From Syntrophales bacterium (GTDB lineage Bacteria; Desulfobacterota; Syntrophia; Syntrophales; UBA2210), in NCBI GenBank assembly GCA_963666365.2, contig CAXXNF010000001.1, positions 160,001 through 224,000 of the forward strand: a stretch of DNA of 64,000 bases, read 5' to 3'. Made by a program: the position numbers and the translations under genes. Below the pieces are notes generated by a model that saw only the letters and a program-made list of their open reading frames with translations, was not told the origin of the DNA and searched no databases. Below are positions 58,332 to 64,000 of this stretch, one piece after another (the first letter of the stretch is position 1; each line of letters opens with the position of its first letter).

Positions 58332-58685
58332 TCACAAAAAATTCCTCTGGGACTGTGACACAGGCGATTCGATCAACACCTGCGTCAGTTTTTTACGCAA
58401 AATTTCAAGCTGCCTTGATTTGAAGGCCTTTCTACTCTGCTCCAATACTTCTATGGCTTCTTTAAGCGCATTTTCCAACTTGAGTTCTCTCGTTCGTGCA
58501 TGACACATCCATTCAAGTGCGTGCAGAGAGTGGTCATCGCCCTGTTCTTTCAGAAAAGAAGCTACAAGAATGCAATGTGCAGTTATACCGCGTTGAAGCT
58601 CTTTCATGCTTGCGCTGAGCGCATTAAGTAGAGTTGTATCTGAGATCTGCATAAACTTATATTTACCTTCCAATGTTATATTCAT
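58332..58685 (-). CDS. Hypothetical helical protein (start may be the second Met, MQISD)
   Basis: Open frame between dtxR and feoA; amphipathic C-terminus EAIEVLEQSRKAFKSRQLEILRKKL. Confidence 0.6.
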   Translation of the reverse strand: MNITLEGKYKFMQISDTTLLNALSASMKELQRGITAHCILVASFLKEQGDDHSLHALEWMCHARTRELKLENALKEAIEVLEQSRKAFKSRQLEILRKKLTQVLIESPVSQSQRNFL

Positions 58686-58764
58686 CTAACAATACTGACA
58701 AAAAAAACCAGCGGGACATTTCTTTTCAAAAAACGGATGGCACTTCAGATTCCTTCTCACATAC

Positions 58765-59322
58765 TCACCCCTCATTATCTTCATTGTCACCCAAATCAAT
58801 CTGGCTTCTAAATTCACAGGAAAACGCTGCGCCGTTCTTTCGACATTTGTCAGGATCGCAGCCCTGCTGCCGGTATTCCTCGAAATAGCGAAGCCAGCTC
58901 TCGCCGGTTCGTGGGCATATCTGAACAAATTCCATAAAGTCCGTCAACGTTGCCAGCGTTGAGGCACTGAGTATATGCTCCATTTTGCAGGCCTCTTCGT
59001 CGGCAACGGTGCCTTCGATTCGCAATATTTCAGTCAAAAACCTGCGCAATGCTTCGTGCCTGCGGCGCATCTCCTTTCCGACGGCGGCTCCGCTTTTCGT
59101 CAGCTCTACATATTCATATCGTTCGTAATGGATCAATCCATTATTTTTCAATGTTTTCAACATGCTGGACACGGTGGGCATCTTGACGTTCATCCGCTTG
59201 GCGATATCTTTGACGCGCACCACCCTTTTTTCCTTATCGAGATCGAAAATGGTTTCCAGATAGTCTTCCATGACCGACGTCAAAGGTTTCTCATCCTCTT
59301 TTTTTTCATTATGGAGTATCAC
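58765..59322 (-). CDS. DtxR/MntR family metal-dependent repressor
   Basis: LTSVMEDYLETI, VRVKDIA, PTVSSML, RRHEAL, EACKMEH. Confidence 0.93.
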   Translation of the reverse strand: MILHNEKKEDEKPLTSVMEDYLETIFDLDKEKRVVRVKDIAKRMNVKMPTVSSMLKTLKNNGLIHYERYEYVELTKSGAAVGKEMRRRHEALRRFLTEILRIEGTVADEEACKMEHILSASTLATLTDFMEFVQICPRTGESWLRYFEEYRQQGCDPDKCRKNGAAFSCEFRSQIDLGDNEDNEG

Positions 59323-59335
59323 GATGCATGCTCCT

Positions 59336-59353
59336 TGTTAGAATTATCTAACA
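59336..59353. promoter_or_regulatory. Putative DtxR-family operator TGTTAGA-N4-TCTAACA
   Basis: Palindrome just upstream of the regulator; near-copy at 58674-58691. Confidence 0.65.
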
Positions 59354-59565
59354 TAGATTTGATTAACTAATAATTTACTCTGCCCTTCATGTCAAGCTTT
59401 TTTTGAAATAGTCTTGCGGCACACAGCGCAATATTGTACTCTTCTTCGCGTCGGGAACCGTTTTCCATCGCTGTACTCTTTGAAACTCCAGGGGACTTAC
59501 ACCACACAGACAGCCGCCACTACAAAGGATAGGGCGGTAATAACGCATTTAAAAGGGAGAACTCC

Positions 59566-60816
59566 ATGGCTGACAGGAAGGATTCCATTGTTTTTACGCC
59601 AGGCAGAATCGGCGCCATCGAGCTGAAGAATCGGCTCATCCGTTCCGCAACCTTCGAACATATCGCAACGGCCGAAGGAGAAATATCGGATGCGCTTATC
59701 GACTTTCACCGCACCCTTGCAAAGGGCGGCGTGGGGCTTATCGTAACGGGAATCTCATGGTTTTACCCTTACAGGGAAGCACCGCCGCATATGGCGAGAG
59801 TCGACAGCGATTCTTTCATCCCGGGACTGCGAAGACTTGCCCGCGCGGTCCATGAGGCCGACCGGGATTGCAGGATCATGCTCCAGCTGCATCATCCCGG
59901 CCGCCAGGTGACACGCCCGGAGGAGGCGGAGAAGATCGCCGCCGTAATCCCCCCTGCCCTTCTGAGAGTCATGCAAAATCAACCGGAAACGGGCAGCGAC
60001 AGTCCTGCGCCGCCGCATGCCGTCGAAGAACCGGTGGCCCCATCTGCCGTGCGGGATACCCTTTACGATCGTATCCCCCGGACCTTGACCGTCGACGAGA
60101 TAGAACAGATAATCGACAGTGCCGCCGAAGCCGTTCGCCGGGCCCGGGACGCCGGATTTGACGGGGTCCAGCTCCATGCCGCCCACGGCTGGCTCCTCTC
60201 TTCGTTTTTGTCTCCCAGGACCAATCGCCGCACCGACCGATACGGCGGTTCCACCGAAAATCGCGCGAGGATCGTCACGGAGATCTACCGCCGGGCGAGA
60301 ACAAAAGTGGGGGACCGTTTTCCTCTGTTAATCAAATTCAATGCCACTGATTTTCTTCCCGGCGGCACGGATCTGGAGGAAGGCATCCGGGTGGCGAAGA
60401 TTCTCGCGGAGACCGGCTTTGACGCGGTCGAGGTAAGCGGAGGAATGTGGGAGGCGACAACCCGCAGTGAGGATGAGCTGGGATGGCCGCCCGTGCTCCT
60501 GCCCGAATCCAGGACGAATATCAGGACCATCGATCAGGAAGGCTACTTTCTGCCGGCCGCAAAGGCCGTCAAGGACCACACGGCCAATACCGTCATTTCC
60601 GTCGGAGGATACCGCTCTTTTCGCAAGATCGAGGATGCCCTCGCATCGAAGAGCGCCGATTTTATCTCGCTGTCCCGACCTCTGATCAGACAGCCCGATC
60701 TTCCCAACCTCTGGTACTCGGGAGCGGGACCGGACAGGGCGGAATGCATTTCCTGCAATGCCTGCCTGCCCGTCGGCACCTTAACCACCGTCTGCCGGGC
60801 GAAAGGCCAGAGGTAA
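59566..60816 (+). CDS. NADH:flavin oxidoreductase (Old Yellow Enzyme family)
   Basis: LKNRLIRSAT, QLHHPGRQ, AGFDGVQLHAAHGWLLSSFLSP, YGGSTENRAR, CISCNAC. Confidence 0.92.
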   Translation: MADRKDSIVFTPGRIGAIELKNRLIRSATFEHIATAEGEISDALIDFHRTLAKGGVGLIVTGISWFYPYREAPPHMARVDSDSFIPGLRRLARAVHEADRDCRIMLQLHHPGRQVTRPEEAEKIAAVIPPALLRVMQNQPETGSDSPAPPHAVEEPVAPSAVRDTLYDRIPRTLTVDEIEQIIDSAAEAVRRARDAGFDGVQLHAAHGWLLSSFLSPRTNRRTDRYGGSTENRARIVTEIYRRARTKVGDRFPLLIKFNATDFLPGGTDLEEGIRVAKILAETGFDAVEVSGGMWEATTRSEDELGWPPVLLPESRTNIRTIDQEGYFLPAAKAVKDHTANTVISVGGYRSFRKIEDALASKSADFISLSRPLIRQPDLPNLWYSGAGPDRAECISCNACLPVGTLTTVCRAKGQR

Positions 60817-60818
60817 GG

Positions 60819-60966
60819 GAGACCCGCCTCCGATCGAGCGCTTTACATCACTCTCTTTTCTGCCCGGGCTTGATCCGAAATCAGAAAAGGGCTTAAAAAC
60901 CGGCTGCCTTCCGGACTTGACCCGGGATCTGCCGGCTCAACGAACTTGATGCTGCTATGAGGCTCT
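60819..60966. repeat. Degenerate copy of the 38155-38305 element
   Basis: GAGACC start; CCGGGCTTGATCCGAAATCAGAAA...GGACTTGACCCGGGATCTGCCGGC aligns with 38190-38270. Confidence 0.65.
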
Positions 60967-60984
60967 ACAAGGGAGGGATAGAGG

Positions 60985-61588
60985 ATGGGAAAAATCTTTC
61001 TTGAAACGGTCCGTTCGGAGAGATTGGCGCACCTGTCCTATGTGGTCGGTCGTGGCGGAAAAGCGGCCGTCATCGACCCCCCGCAGGGACAAACGTCGAT
61101 ATATGGACATCGCCTACCGCTATCCCGCACACGGCGCCGGTTCAGTGTGCGGGGCCGGCATGGCCGATCGGAAGTTTACCACACTGGGCTACGAACGAAG
61201 GCACAACCCTGTCTTGCGGAACACAAACGAGGGACTGCATGCATGGCAAATCAGCGGACGCACCTACGATCAGATACCTGCCGTTCACGCCTCGGAATTG
61301 GTCAGGAGAATCCAATCCGAAGAAAGCTTTACTCTTCTGGATATCCGCAAAATCGACGAATATGAAGAGAGACGACTGCCCGGTGCGGTCCATATCTTTC
61401 TGGGGGAACTTCCGGAAAGGCTTAACGAGATTCCTAAGGATCGGCCTGTCGCAACTTTTTGCGGCAGCAGCCAGCGGGCCATCATCGTCGCATCGATTCT
61501 GAAACAACATGGCTTTACAATGGTGGAAGACTCCCTGGGATCGATGGCGGCATGTCAGGCTATCGGCTGTCCTATAGTAGCGCGCTGA
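60985..61588 (+). pseudogene. MBL-fold hydrolase/rhodanese fusion with a frameshift and internal deletions
   Basis: LAHLSY...AAVIDP, extra C, then RRD...YR joined to YPAHGAGSVC (no HxHxDH motif); RHNPVL joined to GLHAW; last rhodanese domain (FCGSSQRA) remains. Confidence 0.8.
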
Positions 61589-61759
61589 GCCCGATGTTCA
61601 TCAACAATGATTAGGGCGCAGGAATTACTCTTGCGATGAAAGCGGTCATAGTATACTCTTCGCAATTACGGGAACCGTTATCATTCATCGCACCCAGGCT
61701 GTGTTCAGGATTGTTCTTTCGCCATCTTTCGCTTCAGTTCCGACTAAGGGGGGAACACT

Positions 61760-62653
61760 ATGAATAGAGCTGCCTCAATCACTATCAAAAACGAAACCTG
61801 CACTCTCTGCGGTCTCTGTGCGGAAGTATGTCCCATCCCGGTTATCAGAAAAGATGGTAACATGGGAATGCGCATTCTCCCGGATCGGACGCCTCTCTGC
61901 ATCAGTTGCGGCCAGTGCATGGCGGTCTGTCCTGTGGAAGCAATCACCGTTGAAGGATTGGACTATCTGCGGGACTTCTTTCCGTTGCCCTCCGACGGGA
62001 CAGTCGAAACGCCCTTTTTGAAGATGATCCAAACGCGCAGATCGATACGGGTGTTCAAGGATACACCGGTACCCCGTAAAGTACTGGAGAAGGTGGTGCA
62101 GGCGATCGCCTTCGCGCCTCCCGGCTTTCCGCCTCTTAAAACCGAACTCGTCGTAGTTGAAGACAGGGGGGTGATTCGCCGGGCTTTGCCGGAAATAATC
62201 ACCTTCTATGATAAATTGATAACGGCAATGAGAAATCCCATTGCCCGTTTTTTCATTCGCCGTAACGCAGGACCATCGACATTCACGACACTGGAAAATC
62301 ATGTGGTGCCGTTGATGAAGAGCCGTCTCTCGGATTTAAAGGGCGGAGTCAATGACACGATTACGCGCAATGCCCAGGCAATGCTACTATTTCATGCCGC
62401 CCGCAATGCCGAGAACTATGAGACGGACATACACATCGCCCTGACTTATGGATTGCTGATCGCACACGAACTGGGCCTGGGGGCGACCGCGATAGACCTC
62501 ATTCCTCCGGCGATCGAGCATAGCCCCGCGTTGCGCAGGCTGTTCTCAATACCGGATGGGAATGTCGTGGTGTCTTCAATGGTCCTGGGCTATCCCCGCT
62601 ACCGGTACCAGCGGAGCATCAAGCGCGACCTCAAGAGCGTAACCTGGATATGA
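61760..62653 (+). CDS. Nitroreductase family protein with N-terminal 2x4Fe-4S domain
   Basis: CTLCGLCAEVCP, CISCGQCMAVCP, RRSIRVF, LGLG, LGYP. Confidence 0.9.
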   Translation: MNRAASITIKNETCTLCGLCAEVCPIPVIRKDGNMGMRILPDRTPLCISCGQCMAVCPVEAITVEGLDYLRDFFPLPSDGTVETPFLKMIQTRRSIRVFKDTPVPRKVLEKVVQAIAFAPPGFPPLKTELVVVEDRGVIRRALPEIITFYDKLITAMRNPIARFFIRRNAGPSTFTTLENHVVPLMKSRLSDLKGGVNDTITRNAQAMLLFHAARNAENYETDIHIALTYGLLIAHELGLGATAIDLIPPAIEHSPALRRLFSIPDGNVVVSSMVLGYPRYRYQRSIKRDLKSVTWI

Positions 62654-62720
62654 GCACTGCAGGCTGATCGCTGAACAGTCGGCGCCATGGCGTTATAGAC
62701 TTCCTGTGTTCAGCGGACCC

Positions 62721-62924
62721 TTATTCATCGTGGTCTTCTTCGTCTTCTTCTTTATCGAATCCCATAACGTTCTCCAGGGCCACTGCTTCACGGCACTGCG
62801 GACAAAGATTATTCACCTGGGAATATCCGATATACCGAAGATATACGTCGGCATGCTCTTCGGAAGGGCTTAAGTTGTACAAATCATCCTCAAAACTCCT
62901 TTCGCAGCGGATACATCGTCTCAT
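62721..62924 (-). CDS. Small hypothetical protein with two CxxC motifs
   Basis: CIRC...CPQC, acidic tail, AAGGGG RBS. Confidence 0.6.
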   Translation of the reverse strand: MRRCIRCERSFEDDLYNLSPSEEHADVYLRYIGYSQVNNLCPQCREAVALENVMGFDKEEDEEDHDE

Positions 62925-63171
62925 AATCGCCCCTTATAAACGTTTCTGAACCAAACTTTCGTGATGGTACTCCCAATTGAGGTATAACACCAGTATCATG
63001 TCATGCCGAAGGAGGTATTGGCATCTATTTTTTACCTCTCTTTCAGGAAAATCAGAGCTCTTGTCCACTCAATGATCACTCCTCTTTCCCGCTCTTTTTG
63101 ACTATCGGGACTGCAGTGGTTATATTGTCATTCAACAGAAAACAGATCAACTACCACCGAAGGAAATCGCT

Positions 63172-64000
63172 TTGACCATTATATTGAACAGCCTGAATTT
63201 CGTAAGAACGTATCTGCAGTATCTGATAATCGGAGTCATCGTTCTGGGACTTTTAAATGTGTATGTGTGTGGAGGGTTCGACACACCCAAATCGGTGCTG
63301 CTTATCATCGTGGTGTTCTTTGTGATTTATCCAGTGCTGATAAATACAAAATTTTCAGAAATTATCGGACATTTACGGGAGCCAAGGCCCATTTTCTGCA
63401 GCATCGCACTAAACTTTATCATATCTCCTCTTATCGCCTATGGTGTCGGCTTAACGATGCTGTCGGATCAGCCGGAGTTCTTTGCCGCGCTGATTCTTCT
63501 CTCGCTGATTCCCACAAGTGCAATGAGCGCTGCCTGGACATCCTTTTCAGGCGGCAGCATGGCGACGGTTCTGTATTTAATTCCATTGAATCTGCTCTTC
63601 GCAGCCTTTGTCGGATTGCCCTTCATACTGCCCGTACTCATCCGGGATGCCGTGTCGATACACCATGCGGCAATAATGAAAAATATCCTTCTTGTCTTTC
63701 TGATCCCACTTATTTTAGGCCAGATTACGCGCGTTTTTATCATTCGATATAAGGGAGCTGCCACATATCAGCGGCGTATTCAACCGGAACTGGGTGGAAT
63801 CAGCGCCATGGGCATCCTGGTGCTTCTGTTTCTTGTAATGTCCCTTAAGAGAAACTCGATTCTACTCCACAATTACCATCTGATACTTACTGCTGTCGTT
63901 CCGGTTATACTCTATTACATTTCGCTGTATGTACTCAGTGTTGTATGGGCGAGGCTCCTTGTCCGGCGAAAGATCCTGTCGCCGGACAAGGCGATAACGA
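63172..64000 (+). CDS. Acr3/bile acid:sodium symporter family transporter (runs off window end)
   Basis: Manual translation from TTG: IYPVLIN, LNFIISPLIAY, LIPTSAMSAAWT..SGG, FLIPLILGQITR. Confidence 0.8.
   Translation, partial: MTIILNSLNFVRTYLQYLIIGVIVLGLLNVYVCGGFDTPKSVLLIIVVFFVIYPVLINTKFSEIIGHLREPRPIFCSIALNFIISPLIAYGVGLTMLSDQPEFFAALILLSLIPTSAMSAAWTSFSGGSMATVLYLIPLNLLFAAFVGLPFILPVLIRDAVSIHHAAIMKNILLVFLIPLILGQITRVFIIRYKGAATYQRRIQPELGGISAMGILVLLFLVMSLKRNSILLHNYHLILTAVVPVILYYISLYVLSVVWARLLVRRKILSPDKAIT

Overview
Bacterial chromosomal window, about 50-55% GC by eye. The gene content (anaerobic Fe-S proteins, DUF169, LbtU/Feo, dockerin-like tails) suggests an anaerobic Desulfobacterota/Syntrophales-type organism; this is an inference. 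Left end: ilvD (partial), an MFS transporter, a Ski2/HelY-like helicase and tRNA-Glu. Downstream of the tRNA is a roughly 21-kb accessory region with many deletion scars. It holds a TetR-controlled organohalide/xenobiotic cluster (haloalkane dehalogenase, epoxide hydrolase, nitroreductase, three Cys-rich 4Fe-4S proteins, DUF1330 x3, DUF169 x3, an RdhB-like anchor, a Tat-less reductive dehalogenase, an acyl-CoA ligase), a decayed RAYT transposase with 29-bp inverted ends, and chimeric gene remnants. Then come two giant secreted proteins with dockerin-like tails, metabolic and signalling genes, a two-gene operon pairing an OvoA-C-terminal-like methyltransferase with an acetylene-hydratase-type molybdopterin enzyme, and a DtxR-feoAB-DUF4198-LbtU metal uptake operon. 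Top leads: (1) the methyltransferase/Mo-enzyme pair as a candidate O2-independent ovothiol-type pathway; (2) a covarying antiterminator/terminator RNA motif present twice in the feo operon; (3) the mixed hydrolytic/reductive dehalogenation cluster; (4) the RAYT with its REPIN-like derivatives. All family assignments come from motif recognition by eye and have not been confirmed by database search.
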